Shown in pieces: positions 1 through 10,002 of a DNA stretch of 64,000 nucleotides. Within the stretch, counting starts at the first letter, position 1, and the number at the start of each line of letters is the position of its first letter. A program made the translations under genes and the position numbers. The notes under the pieces were generated by a model. That model was not told the DNA's origin and did no database searches. It was given only the letters and a program-made list of their open reading frames with translations. Source of the stretch: Frisingicoccus sp. (GTDB lineage Bacteria > Bacillota > Clostridia > Lachnospirales > Lachnospiraceae); assembly GCF_047030795.1 (NCBI RefSeq), contig NZ_JBKYIC010000001.1; one strand, written 5' to 3'.

Positions 1-504
1 AATAAAAATAATACCAAACCATTTTAAAGTCATCTCCAGAGCTTCTTTATTCACAGTAAAGTTAAATCCAACCGTACTGTTTAAAATCCTGGATACAAAA
101 AGTTCTGCAGCCTTTGAAAAGAGAACACCGCAGCCAAGCCCCAGGACAATCGAGGTCACAGCGATGATGAAACTTTCCCAGATAATGACTCTCGAAAGAT
201 TTCCCTTACTCATACCCAGAATATTATATAAACCAAATTCCTTTTTTCTACGTCGAATCAGAAAAGAATTCGTATAGAATAAAAGAATGGTTGAAAAAAT
301 ACCGATAACTCCGATTCCCATACTCAGGAATCCCTGGACGCTTGTTCCGCCCGGCATATTGGCCACTGCCTCATTTTTAGATAAAAAAGTGACAATATAA
401 AACATCATGACCATGCCAATACCTGTCAATATATAAGGAATATAAGTTTTCTTATTTTTAGCAATGCCTGTTAATGCCAACTTCGGATAAAATCCCAGTC
501 TCAT
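1..504 (-). CDS. BceB-type ABC transporter permease (FtsX-domain), N-terminal part only; the gene runs off the window start
   Basis: Minus-strand translation from ATG at 504 reads MRLGFYPKLALTGIAKNKKTYIPYILTG..., a BceB/FtsX-type N-terminus. Its ATG overlaps the TGA stop of the upstream ATPase (ATGA). The gene sits directly downstream of the BceA-like ATPase. Confidence 0.75.
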   Translation of the reverse strand, partial: MRLGFYPKLALTGIAKNKKTYIPYILTGIGMVMMFYIVTFLSKNEAVANMPGGTSVQGFLSMGIGVIGIFSTILLFYTNSFLIRRRKKEFGLYNILGMSKGNLSRVIIWESFIIAVTSIVLGLGCGVLFSKAAELFVSRILNSTVGFNFTVNKEALEMTLKWFGIIFI

Positions 505-1265
505 CGCCGCTCACCACCTGTCATTAAAATGGTCAGTGTATCTGAAATCTTCTGATACAGCGCTTCATTGGAACTATTGCCGCGGTAAATCTGATGAAAT
601 ACTTCGCCGTCTTTAATAAATAATACCCGGCTTGCATGGCTGGCCGCTTTCACTGAATGGGTAACCATCAGAATGGTCTGCCCCTCCTGATTAATTTTGC
701 CAAACAACTCCAACAATTCATCGGTGGACTTGGAATCCAGAGCTCCCGTCGGCTCATCCGCCAGAATCAGTTTCGGATGGGTGATAAGGGCCCGGGCTAC
801 TGCCGCCCGCTGCTTCTGACCGCCGGACACTTCATAAGGATATTTGCCCATCAGACCTTCAATCCCCAGTTTCTGCACGATCGGCGTCAGTCTTGCCCGC
901 ATTTCGCCATAATGCTTTCCAGCCAAAACCAGTGGAAGCATAATATTATCTTTCAACGTAAATGTATCCAGCAGATTAAAATCCTGGAAAACAAAACCCA
1001 GGTTATCCCGACGAAATTCGGCAATCTTCGACTCCCGAATCTGTGAAAGCTCATGCCCATCCAGACAGACGCTTCCGGAAGTCGGCCGGTCTAACGCCGC
1101 CAAAATATTCAGCAGGGTTGTTTTTCCTGAACCGGATTCTCCCATGATTGCTACATATTCGCCTTTTTCCACGCTGAAAGACACATCTGAAAGGGCCTGC
1201 ACTTTATTGGCTCCAAATCGTGTCGTATAAATTTTTTTAATATTATTGACTTCCAAAATTGCCAT
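501..1265 (-). CDS. ABC transporter ATP-binding protein, BceA/MacB-like
   Basis: 254-aa ORF with Walker A (GESGSGKTT), ABC signature (SGGQKQR) and Walker B (LILADEPTGALD). Confidence 0.9.
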   Translation of the reverse strand: MAILEVNNIKKIYTTRFGANKVQALSDVSFSVEKGEYVAIMGESGSGKTTLLNILAALDRPTSGSVCLDGHELSQIRESKIAEFRRDNLGFVFQDFNLLDTFTLKDNIMLPLVLAGKHYGEMRARLTPIVQKLGIEGLMGKYPYEVSGGQKQRAAVARALITHPKLILADEPTGALDSKSTDELLELFGKINQEGQTILMVTHSVKAASHASRVLFIKDGEVFHQIYRGNSSNEALYQKISDTLTILMTGGERR

Positions 1266-1378
1266 TTGGAATCCCTCCTTCTTATCTTTTACGAATACAT
1301 TGTAGCAAAACAGGGAAATGTACTGCCATCGCTTTGGCTTACATTTCCCCGGTCCAACCTTACATTTTTGAAATATTC

Positions 1379-2368
1379 TTACTCAACTTCCAATGCTCTT
1401 CTGTCCAGATCAATCCGAACCTCTGTGCCCACATCTACTTTTGAAGTGACAATCAGCTTATGATTTAAACGGCCGCAGATTCTTCGGCACAGATATAACC
1501 CAATACCGCTGGCCTTCTTATCACTCCGGCCATTATATCCGGTAAAGCCCTTTTCAAAAATCCGCGGCAGATCCTCCGGTGCAATTCCGATGCCCGTATC
1601 CCGGATACAAAGGGTTTTCGGAGCTTCCAAAGTTATAAAAATCTCACCGGAACGGGTATATTTCAGCGCATTTGACAATATCTGCTCGATGACAAACAGG
1701 AGCCATTTTTCATCCGTCAGCACCTCGCAGGAAAGAGGTTCATAATTCAGACGAATCTTTTTGCGGATAAACTGGGAAGCATACTTCCTCACCGCCTGTC
1801 GGACGATGGCATCCAGATCATACTTTTTCAAAACGTAGTCCGTGGAGCCGGAATCCAGCCGCAGGTAGGTAAGCACCATCTCCACATATTGTTCAATTCG
1901 CTGCAATTCTTCTAAAAGCTCCCGGCTGCTCTCACTCTCCTGGCCCTGGAGCTGCAGCCGCATAGCTGAAATCGGCGTTTTGATCTGATGGACCCAGATG
2001 GTATAATATTCTATCATATCCGTATATTGATAATTCATATGATTCGTTATCTTCTGCTTTTCCTCATAAAGGGATTGTATCACTTCCTGATAATCCATCT
2101 CAATCTGTCCATCCGCATCCGGAAAATGTCTGTCGGTCACTTTAATCTCTTCGACCATCGATTGAAGCTGTATATGTTTTTTACAGAAGCGGGCGTAATC
2201 CCGGCCGCATACGATAAATGCAGCGAATATTCCAAGCACTGTCCCGTAGAGCACCGGAATCACCGGCAGCTGCCACAGTGCAAATATCACCGCAAAAATC
2301 AAGGCAAACAGAAAATACACACCGATCGCCTTCCTGTGAAGTTTTAAATATTCCACCAGCATTTTCAT
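1379..2368 (-). CDS. Intramembrane-sensing histidine kinase (BceS-like)
   Basis: 329 aa with two N-terminal TM helices and almost no extracellular loop, followed by HisKA/HATPase_c motifs (DTGIGI, GxGLGLY). It lies in an operon with an OmpR-type regulator and a Bce-type ABC transporter. Confidence 0.85.
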   Translation of the reverse strand: MKMLVEYLKLHRKAIGVYFLFALIFAVIFALWQLPVIPVLYGTVLGIFAAFIVCGRDYARFCKKHIQLQSMVEEIKVTDRHFPDADGQIEMDYQEVIQSLYEEKQKITNHMNYQYTDMIEYYTIWVHQIKTPISAMRLQLQGQESESSRELLEELQRIEQYVEMVLTYLRLDSGSTDYVLKKYDLDAIVRQAVRKYASQFIRKKIRLNYEPLSCEVLTDEKWLLFVIEQILSNALKYTRSGEIFITLEAPKTLCIRDTGIGIAPEDLPRIFEKGFTGYNGRSDKKASGIGLYLCRRICGRLNHKLIVTSKVDVGTEVRIDLDRRALEVE

Positions 2369-2380
2369 GATATCTACCCC

Positions 2381-3052
2381 TTATCCGATCAAATAGCCCA
2401 TACCTTTTTTGGTTAGGATAAAATCTGACAGGCCAACCTGTTCCAGTTTTTTACGAAGCCTTGCAATATTGACCGTCAGCGCATTTTCATCAACAAAGCT
2501 GTCTGTCTCCCAGAGGCGTTCCATCAATGTATCCCGGCTGACAACTTTTCCTTTATTCTCCATCAGTGTCCTTAGAATACGATAATCATTTTTCGTCAGT
2601 TCAATCCGATCTCCATTATAGGTCAGACTGGCATCCGAAGTATTCAGCATGGCGCCACGGTGCTGTAAAATCGTCATCTGTCCGCCAAAGTCGTAGGTTC
2701 TTCGCAGTATGGCCTGAATTTTCGCCGTAAGTACATTCAGGTCAAAAGGTTTTGCGATGAAATCATCTCCACCCATATTCATAGCCATGACGATATTCAT
2801 ATTATCCGAAGCCGAGGAAATAAAAATAATCGGTATTTTTGAGAACTTCCGAATCTCCGTACACCAGTAATATCCATTATAAAAAGGCAGAGAAATGTCC
2901 AAAAGCACAAGCTGAGGGTCAAATTCGGAAAATTCCTCCAGTACATTCCTGAAATTTTCCACACAGCGCACTTCCAAATCCCACATCTCTATCTGCTTTT
3001 TCATTGCAGACGCAATGCCCATATCATCTTCTACTATCAATATCCGATACAT
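2381..3052 (-). CDS. OmpR-family response regulator (BceR-like)
   Basis: 223 aa with an N-terminal receiver domain (ILIVEDD...LLDISLP) and a C-terminal winged-helix DNA-binding domain. Confidence 0.9.
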   Translation of the reverse strand: MYRILIVEDDMGIASAMKKQIEMWDLEVRCVENFRNVLEEFSEFDPQLVLLDISLPFYNGYYWCTEIRKFSKIPIIFISSASDNMNIVMAMNMGGDDFIAKPFDLNVLTAKIQAILRRTYDFGGQMTILQHRGAMLNTSDASLTYNGDRIELTKNDYRILRTLMENKGKVVSRDTLMERLWETDSFVDENALTVNIARLRKKLEQVGLSDFILTKKGMGYLIG

Positions 3053-3089
3053 CCGCTACCTCCCGTCTCATCCTCTGTCCTCTGATATA

Positions 3090-4002
3090 TCAGGTCCGTA
3101 ATTTTACCTTTGCTTTAATGGCTTTTTTATAAATCTCCATAATGTCCTGCAAAACCTCCGGGTGAGAAAAATCTTTCTGATAGATAATATTCGTCTCCCG
3201 CAGCATACTCATATTTTCAATCGGCAAAAGCGTCAGCTTTTTCTTCCGTGCCTCATCCATACAGGTACTTTTTGGCAGCACCGAAACCCCAAGATTTTTT
3301 CGGATCAAATCTTTAATCGTCGCAATATTGTCCACTTCCAGAATAATATTGAAATCGTCAATGGATTCATTAATACTCTCCAGCGTGGAAGCGAATAAGT
3401 TGACCGTGCCCGACTCCGGCAGCCGCATGATCAATTTCTGATTTTTCAGCACACTGATTGTCACCATCGGCTTTTTTGAAATCGGATTATCATTCGCCAC
3501 AGCGCAGACAAGATAGTCCGTATCCAGAAGAAGAGAACTCATTGAATTACTGTTTGGACGCCCTTCGGCGATTACTAAATCAAGCTCGTAGCTCTCCAAC
3601 ATTATATAAAGATTTTTTATAGTATCAGTGATAATCGTTATCATAATATTGGGATTATCATTGCCGTATTTTGCAAGGACCTCGACGATAATATTACTCT
3701 CCGCCGTATGCGTTATGCCGATGCGAAGCCGGGTCAGATGCCTGCCCTCGTCGGCCAGCGCTTTTTTCATACGTTCATAGGCGGACGACATCATCTTGGC
3801 GTATTTCACCACTGTTTTTCCTGATTCTGTCAATTGAAGCCGGCCTTTTCCCCGGATAAAAAGAGTCACTCCAAGCTCCTTCTCCAACTGGCTTATATGG
3901 TGGCTCACCGCCGGCTGTGTCAACGACAGGGCTTCGGCGGCTTTTGTAATATTTTTCAATTCGGCCACCGCTAATAAGGAAATCATCTTTACATCAATCA
4001 TA
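3090..4002 (-). CDS. LysR-family transcriptional regulator
   Basis: N-terminal HTH (LLAVAELKNITKAAEALSLTQPAVSHHISQLEKELG) plus a substrate-binding domain. The start was moved to an RBS-supported ATG (GGAG..ATGATTGATG) inside the longer ORF. Confidence 0.8.
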
Positions 4003-4115
4003 ACTCCGTCCCCCAACTATAAATTATTTTTATAGTTCAAAAAAATAATATAATTTCATTTTTTAATAAAAAAAGTATATCATACAAAACATGGTGTTTC
4101 AAGGAGGAATAAATT

Positions 4116-5576
4116 ATGTTAAATCAAATCTACTATCATTCAGGCAATACATCTGCCGTCACGACTGTCATCATTCCGATCGCTCTTATGCTCTTTCTGG
4201 GATTTGCAATGACGCGGATTACCAAGCAATTAAAGCTGCCGAATGTTACTGCATACATACTTACAGGGATTCTCATCGGCCCTTATTGCCTGAATCTGAT
4301 TCCCCCAAATTTTATTCAGGGAACGGATTTTCTGGCAGACATCGCTCTGGCTTTTATCGCTTTCAGTGTGGGCGAATTTTTTAAACTGTCTACTTTGAAA
4401 AAAAATGGTTTAAAATCTGCCATCATTACACTTTTCGAAGCGCTGATGGCTTCTTTGGCCGTTTTTATTATGACCTATTTTATCCTTCATTTAGATATGG
4501 CTTTTTCCATTGTGCTTGCCGCATTGGCTTCAGCCACAGCTCCGGCCTCCACAATTATGACGATTCGTCAGACCGGCGCCCATGGAGACTTTGTAGACAC
4601 CCTTTTACAGGTGGTGGCAATGGATGATGTCGTCGGCCTTGTTGCTTACAGTGTGGCTATTTCCATAGCGGTCAGCAGCCTGTCCGGTTCATCCTCCGAT
4701 AATCTTTTTAAAACCCTGCTCCTCCCGATTCTGGTCAATCTTTTCGCCTTTGTCCTCGGGGGCTCCTTCGCCTTCTTAATGAAGATACTTATTCCAACCA
4801 AACGTTCCACAGACAACCGGCTTATTATCGCCGTTGGCATTCTCTTTTTATTCTGCGGCATCTGCGCTGTCCTGGATGTTTCACCGCTGCTTGGCTGTAT
4901 GGCTATGGGGATGGTTTATACGAATATTTCAGAAGACGATAAATTGTTCAAACAACTGAATTATTTCAGCCCGCCCATTTTACTTTTGTTCTTTGTCCGC
5001 TCCGGGCTGAGTTTTAATCTGAGTATTTTAACAGGCCATGGGAATCTTGTTGGAAATGTCTCTGTTTTAACAGTAGGCGTCCTTTATTTCATCACCCGGA
5101 TTATTGGTAAATATGCCGGAGCCTTTTTAGGCTGCCTTATCACTAAAAAGCCCGCCAAAGTCCGGAATTACCTTGGCCTTGCACTGATTCCTCAGGCTGG
5201 TGTCGCCATCGGTCTGGCCTCCTTGTGCGTGCGTTCCCTTGGCCCTGGCGTCGGTGGCAGTCTCCAGACAATCATTCTGGCCTCCAGTGTCCTCTATGAA
5301 TTAATCGGCCCGGGCTGTGCCAAGCTGTCTCTTTATCTTTCCCATTCCTATTCGGATGTCTTGGAAAATCTGACGGATGTGTCCGAAACAACAGAGCTCG
5401 GAATGCCAAAAACCCAGGTTGAAATATTGATTGAACGGCTCCAGCAAATCCAGGAGCAGCTGCCATCCCATATGATGATTGAAACCGATGCGGAACAGGC
5501 ATTTACACAGGCAGCCGAAGAACAGTATGAAGCCTACGGCGTTTACAGCAAAGGCCACTTTTTAAATCGAAAATAA
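4116..5576 (+). CDS. Cation:proton antiporter (CPA/NapA-KefB type) with C-terminal soluble extension
   Basis: 486 aa with roughly 11-12 TM helices and typical Na+/H+ exchanger motifs. A strong RBS (AAGGAGG) precedes the ATG. Confidence 0.8.
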   Translation: MLNQIYYHSGNTSAVTTVIIPIALMLFLGFAMTRITKQLKLPNVTAYILTGILIGPYCLNLIPPNFIQGTDFLADIALAFIAFSVGEFFKLSTLKKNGLKSAIITLFEALMASLAVFIMTYFILHLDMAFSIVLAALASATAPASTIMTIRQTGAHGDFVDTLLQVVAMDDVVGLVAYSVAISIAVSSLSGSSSDNLFKTLLLPILVNLFAFVLGGSFAFLMKILIPTKRSTDNRLIIAVGILFLFCGICAVLDVSPLLGCMAMGMVYTNISEDDKLFKQLNYFSPPILLLFFVRSGLSFNLSILTGHGNLVGNVSVLTVGVLYFITRIIGKYAGAFLGCLITKKPAKVRNYLGLALIPQAGVAIGLASLCVRSLGPGVGGSLQTIILASSVLYELIGPGCAKLSLYLSHSYSDVLENLTDVSETTELGMPKTQVEILIERLQQIQEQLPSHMMIETDAEQAFTQAAEEQYEAYGVYSKGHFLNRK

Positions 5577-5597
5577 TTCTGAGGAGGTTTTTATATT

Positions 5598-6329
5598 ATG
5601 AATGCGATCACCTATGCGGACCCTATTGCAAGTCTTCTTGGCCAATGGGCCTCCGGTTTAAATCTTTATTCCATACTTTTTCGGCTCGCTCTGGCTTTTG
5701 TATGTGCCACGGTCATCGGCTGTGAACGGGCCCATAAGCGTCATTCTGCCGGACTACGGACATTTATCATTGTTTATACTGCCTCTGCCTCAGCGATGAT
5801 GCTGGATAATTATTGCCATGCGGTCAATGGACTGGCGCTTCCGATTATATCTGCCGCCTCCATCATCAGTATTGCTATCATCAGCGAAAATTCTTTCTGG
5901 TACAGTTCCAGAAACCAGATTAAAGGGCTGACCACCGGATTTGCCCTGTGGGCCAGCGGTTTTATCGGATTGTCCATCGGCGGCGGGTTTTATACGGCGG
6001 CCCTTTTAAGCTTTGTCGCTACCATGCTCTGTCTTTCCGTACTTCCGTCTGCGGAACGTTACTTAAAGGATAAATCCAATCATTTTGAAGTTCATCTGGA
6101 ATTAAAAAACAAAAGTAATCTTCAAGACTTTATTACAACAATCCGCCGTCTTGGTATGACCATTGATGACATTGAAATCAATCCGGCCTATATCAATTCC
6201 GGTTTAAGCGTCTATTCCGTATCCTTTACAATTACTAAGGAAGAATTAAAGAAATATAAGAAACATCATGAAATTATTGAAGCGCTCTCCACTCTGGAAT
6301 ATGTTTCTCATATTGAAGAAATGATGTAA
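5598..6329 (+). CDS. MgtC/SapB family protein
   Basis: 243 aa containing the MgtC signature (CERAHKRHSAGLRT) and a C-terminal ACT-like domain. An RBS (GAGGAGG) precedes it. Confidence 0.8.
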   Translation: MNAITYADPIASLLGQWASGLNLYSILFRLALAFVCATVIGCERAHKRHSAGLRTFIIVYTASASAMMLDNYCHAVNGLALPIISAASIISIAIISENSFWYSSRNQIKGLTTGFALWASGFIGLSIGGGFYTAALLSFVATMLCLSVLPSAERYLKDKSNHFEVHLELKNKSNLQDFITTIRRLGMTIDDIEINPAYINSGLSVYSVSFTITKEELKKYKKHHEIIEALSTLEYVSHIEEMM

Positions 6330-6343
6330 CTTTTACATAAAAA

Positions 6344-6410
6344 CGTCCGGGATTTTTTCCTGACAGCCATAAGGCCGTGCAGAAAAATTCTCCGGACGCT
6401 TTTTATTTTT
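6344..6410. terminator. Bidirectional rho-independent terminator between mgtC-like (+) and nagA (-)
   Basis: Hairpin CGTCCGGGA...TCCGGACG followed by TTTTTATTTTT, with an A-run on the other side. Confidence 0.55.
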
Positions 6411-6415
6411 AAATG

Positions 6416-7573
6416 TTAGAACATAAAACGTTTTTCCCGAAATTCAATGCCCCGACAATAGGTCTGAATGACATTGTAATCTCTGTCCAGAACTACCAGG
6501 TCCGCATCATAGCCGGCGCAGATTTTACCTTTCCGGTCATCTACCCCCAAACATCGTGCCGGATTCAGCGTACAGGCATTAATCGCCGTATCTACGGGAA
6601 CGCCTGCTTCCTCGATCAGAATCTGAAGCCCTCTGTTCATCTGCAGCGTGCTTCCTGCAATGGTATCCGTTCCCTTGAGCCTTGCCAGTCCGTCTTCGCC
6701 GATTTCGATATCATGACCGCCAAGCTGGTAATTGCCTCCCGGCGGGCAATGTTTCGCCCGCAAAGAATCGGTAATCAGGATTCCCCGTTCCCGGCCCTTC
6801 GTCTGAAAGAATATATTCAAAGCCCCAACATGGGAATGATGTCCGTCACCGATTATCTCACCGTAGATATCCCGAATACGGAAGGCTGCTCCGACAAGTC
6901 CCGGATTCCGGTGGTGCAGCGGCGTCATGCCATTATAGACATGGGTCATGGAAGTGGCGCCGTTGGCTACCGCCATCAGGGCCTCTTCGTAAGTTGCGGA
7001 AGAATGCCCCATGCTGACAACCACACCATTAGCTGCACAATATCGAATCAATTCAAAATCGTCATCATGTTCCGGACTGATGGTAATGTATTTAATCCAT
7101 CCTTTTGCCGCTTCCTGATACATTTTGAACTGTTCCACCGAAGGCTTCGCAATAGCTTCCGGCGGCTGAGCCCCCTTGTACTCCATATCCAGATAAGGCC
7201 CCTCAAAATGGATGCCCAGAATCTCCGCGCCTTCATAACCTTCTTCGATGACATTGGCCACATTGGCCACCGCCTTCGTCAAAACGTCCGGCATCTGTGT
7301 CACCGTCGTCGGCAGAATAGCTGTTACTCCCTCTTCAGGAATCCGTTCCATCCAGTCCCGAAGCCCCGACGGCTCCGCATCATTTGTATCAAATCCATAA
7401 GAGCCATGGGTATGAACATCGATAAATCCCGGAAGTATAGCCAGATTTTCATAATCCACATCCACAGGCTGTGTTCCCCAGATATAAATTCTTTCAATCT
7501 TCCCCTCTGAAATTTCTATCTGAGCCGGCAGAAACTGGCCGCCGATCCAGACTCTTTTGCTCTGAATAATCAT
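6416..7573 (-). CDS. nagA: N-acetylglucosamine-6-phosphate deacetylase
   Basis: 385 aa with the amidohydrolase motifs DVHTHGSYGFD and HFEGPY. Confidence 0.9.
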   Translation of the reverse strand: MIIQSKRVWIGGQFLPAQIEISEGKIERIYIWGTQPVDVDYENLAILPGFIDVHTHGSYGFDTNDAEPSGLRDWMERIPEEGVTAILPTTVTQMPDVLTKAVANVANVIEEGYEGAEILGIHFEGPYLDMEYKGAQPPEAIAKPSVEQFKMYQEAAKGWIKYITISPEHDDDFELIRYCAANGVVVSMGHSSATYEEALMAVANGATSMTHVYNGMTPLHHRNPGLVGAAFRIRDIYGEIIGDGHHSHVGALNIFFQTKGRERGILITDSLRAKHCPPGGNYQLGGHDIEIGEDGLARLKGTDTIAGSTLQMNRGLQILIEEAGVPVDTAINACTLNPARCLGVDDRKGKICAGYDADLVVLDRDYNVIQTYCRGIEFREKRFMF

Positions 7574-9084
7574 TAAAATCCCTCGTTTTCCATATCGGCG
7601 CCTTCCCAGAGGCGGTGCCCATCCAGGCAGATATCTCCCCGCACTGCCCAGATTTTCAGATTTTTAAATTTCAATTTTATACAGCCGCTTGTTCCGGCAA
7701 GACTTTCCAATCCCTGCGTCCACTCGATTCGTTTCCATCCGCCCTCCATTTCCGACACTCTGCTCTCCTCATAGGAAAAGCCTGAAATCGGCGCTTCTGT
7801 CCACACTCGGTGAATCTGGGCTTCCAGATAAATCGGCACTGAAGGTTCGACCGCTTCTGCCAGAATTTCCAAAGATGGTCCCTGAAATTTTAATTTACAG
7901 GAAGTCAACAGACTGTTTTCCTCCTCACGTTTAGGCACCATAGACGCAAAACGATCCGCTTTCCACCGGGCCCTTGCCAGTGACGACTCACGGAAATTGG
8001 TATGACGTCCATTGCCTCCCATATAATAGATCCACAAACTGCCATCAAGCCCCTTGACCGGCTGCGACGCATAAATACAGCCGCAGTCAAAATCTCCCGT
8101 CGGATAAGTTCCCGCACCCCTCGGGATGACTGACTGTCCCGGTGCCACAAAATCAAAATGCTCCGGAGACACGGCCCAGGTCAGTTCACAGTCTACCGTA
8201 TCAAAATCTACATCCGTCCGATCCCCTTCGTGGATGATCGATGCCAGTCCAAGATAAAGATTGTTCCAGAAAAATACAGGCATGGAATAAATCTGATTTT
8301 CAAATCCACGTCCCCGAAGTGTCTCTTTAGGCTCACTCCAATGAATAAAATCATCACTCCGGCTCAAAGTCGTCATGCGGATACCATCTTTCCATATCCG
8401 CGACAGCAACATGTAGCAGCCTTCCTCTTCATTCCAAAAAGGAAGATTATGACTATCTGCCGGCGGATTATATTCCGGCCACGGAATCAGGTCAGACCAG
8501 TTAACGCCATCCGGCGAAAAAGCCACTGCCATGTAAGCTCCATGCCCCGGAATATCCACCTTTGTGACCATTTTATATTTTGTGGCAGAATCAGAGCCAT
8601 GGTGATCCACCATGACTCCGGTCCCGTGTGCAAATAAAAAGAGAATGTTATTTTCTTTACTACCGCGCCATTCTACCCGGCCTAAAGCCGGCTTCTCCCA
8701 ATGGATACCATCCCTGCTCTCTGCATAAGCCAGAGAAGTAACCCGGTCCATTCTCGGAAGATAGTCTCTGGATGTCCGTTCTGCAAGGGTTGTCCCTTCT
8801 GTATCCAGATCATCTGTAAATAATGTATAATAACAACGGAAAATCTGTGCCTGTTCATCATAAATAACGTTCGGATAGCCATTATCGATGCGTATCTCCC
8901 ATGGCTGATCCTGTATAAACAGCGGATTATTCGCCTGGTCCTTTTCCGGCGGCGTTATCCGAAGTGCAACATTTTCCATTGCCTGCGGATTCAGAAACCT
9001 TCGGTCAAGCATTAAATACTTTGCCAAAGAATCATCTCCATTTCCTGACAATATCTTAGCAATAGGCCTTGATTGCATCGTCAA
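7573..9084 (-). CDS. BNR/Asp-box repeat beta-propeller protein, putative glycoside hydrolase (sialidase-like?) of the nan cluster
   Basis: 503 aa with three Asp-box-like motifs (SRDGIHW, SPDGVNW, SRSDDFIHW). No RIP motif was recognised. It sits between nagA and nanA. Confidence 0.45.
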   Translation of the reverse strand: MTMQSRPIAKILSGNGDDSLAKYLMLDRRFLNPQAMENVALRITPPEKDQANNPLFIQDQPWEIRIDNGYPNVIYDEQAQIFRCYYTLFTDDLDTEGTTLAERTSRDYLPRMDRVTSLAYAESRDGIHWEKPALGRVEWRGSKENNILFLFAHGTGVMVDHHGSDSATKYKMVTKVDIPGHGAYMAVAFSPDGVNWSDLIPWPEYNPPADSHNLPFWNEEEGCYMLLSRIWKDGIRMTTLSRSDDFIHWSEPKETLRGRGFENQIYSMPVFFWNNLYLGLASIIHEGDRTDVDFDTVDCELTWAVSPEHFDFVAPGQSVIPRGAGTYPTGDFDCGCIYASQPVKGLDGSLWIYYMGGNGRHTNFRESSLARARWKADRFASMVPKREEENSLLTSCKLKFQGPSLEILAEAVEPSVPIYLEAQIHRVWTEAPISGFSYEESRVSEMEGGWKRIEWTQGLESLAGTSGCIKLKFKNLKIWAVRGDICLDGHRLWEGADMENEGF

Positions 9085-9973
9085 TCATAGCAGCACATTT
9101 CTTTACCTGTTCCATATCCTCAGGAATCAACTCAGGCAGAGGTTTACGAACACCTCCGATATCCAAGCCTTCACGGATTCTTAAAATCTCTTTCATAACA
9201 GCATAGAGATTTCCGTGGCATTCGCACATCGCATAAATGATAGCGTCTGCCGCATACTGAATCTTCTGAGCCTCTGCGATATTTCCGGCTTCAACGTATT
9301 CTTTAATCTTTAAGTAAAGTTCCGGCATTACTGCATAGGTTCCGCCGATACCGCCATCGGCGCCCATAGCCAGACCGGAGACGAGCTGCTCATCCGGACC
9401 GTTGAATACAACAAATCCTTCGCCGCCTTCCATCTTGAACATCTGGATATCCTGAACCGGCATAGAGCTGTTCTTTACAGCCGCAACCTGCGGATTTTTA
9501 CGCATTTCTTTAAATAAAGGCATTGTCAGTGCAACTCCTGCCAGCTGCGGAATGTTGTAAATGACAAAATCTGTATTCGGCGCTGCGGAAGAAATATCAT
9601 TCCAATACTGGGCAATGGCATGCTCCGGTAAGTGGAAATAAATCGGAGGAATGGCAGCAATGGCATCTACGCCAAGGCTTTCCGCATGTGCAGCCAGTTC
9701 CATACTGTCTGCCGTATTATTACAGGCAACATGAGCGATCACCGTCAGTTTTCCTTCTGCGGCTTTCATAACATGCTCCAGAACCAATTTACGTTCTGCA
9801 ACACTCTGGTAGATACATTCACCGGAAGAACCGCCAACATAAACACCTTTAACACCTTTTTTAATCATATACTTTGTAAGTGCCTCCACCCGTTCCGGGC
9901 TGACAGCTCCCTGATCATCATAACATGCGTAAAATGCTGGAATAATTCCCTGATACTTCGAAATATTTTTCAT
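9056..9973 (-). CDS. nanA: N-acetylneuraminate lyase (DapA/DHDPS family)
   Basis: 305 aa with a DHDPS-family fold (GVYVGGSSGE...) and the Schiff-base lysine region, located in the nan cluster. Confidence 0.85.
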   Translation of the reverse strand: MKNISKYQGIIPAFYACYDDQGAVSPERVEALTKYMIKKGVKGVYVGGSSGECIYQSVAERKLVLEHVMKAAEGKLTVIAHVACNNTADSMELAAHAESLGVDAIAAIPPIYFHLPEHAIAQYWNDISSAAPNTDFVIYNIPQLAGVALTMPLFKEMRKNPQVAAVKNSSMPVQDIQMFKMEGGEGFVVFNGPDEQLVSGLAMGADGGIGGTYAVMPELYLKIKEYVEAGNIAEAQKIQYAADAIIYAMCECHGNLYAVMKEILRIREGLDIGGVRKPLPELIPEDMEQVKKCAAMIDDAIKAYC

Positions 9974-10002
9974 AATTCTCGCTTTCCTTTCAATTCTGTC
10001 TA

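Noticed and set aside
6413-7510. 365-aa plus-strand ORF antisense to nagA. Similar long antisense ORFs occur at 11518..12465, 18209..18871, 62137..62802 and 33039..33587.
   Set aside because: These are shadow ORFs entirely inside well-supported minus-strand genes. They have no RBS and low-complexity Arg/His/Cys-rich translations.
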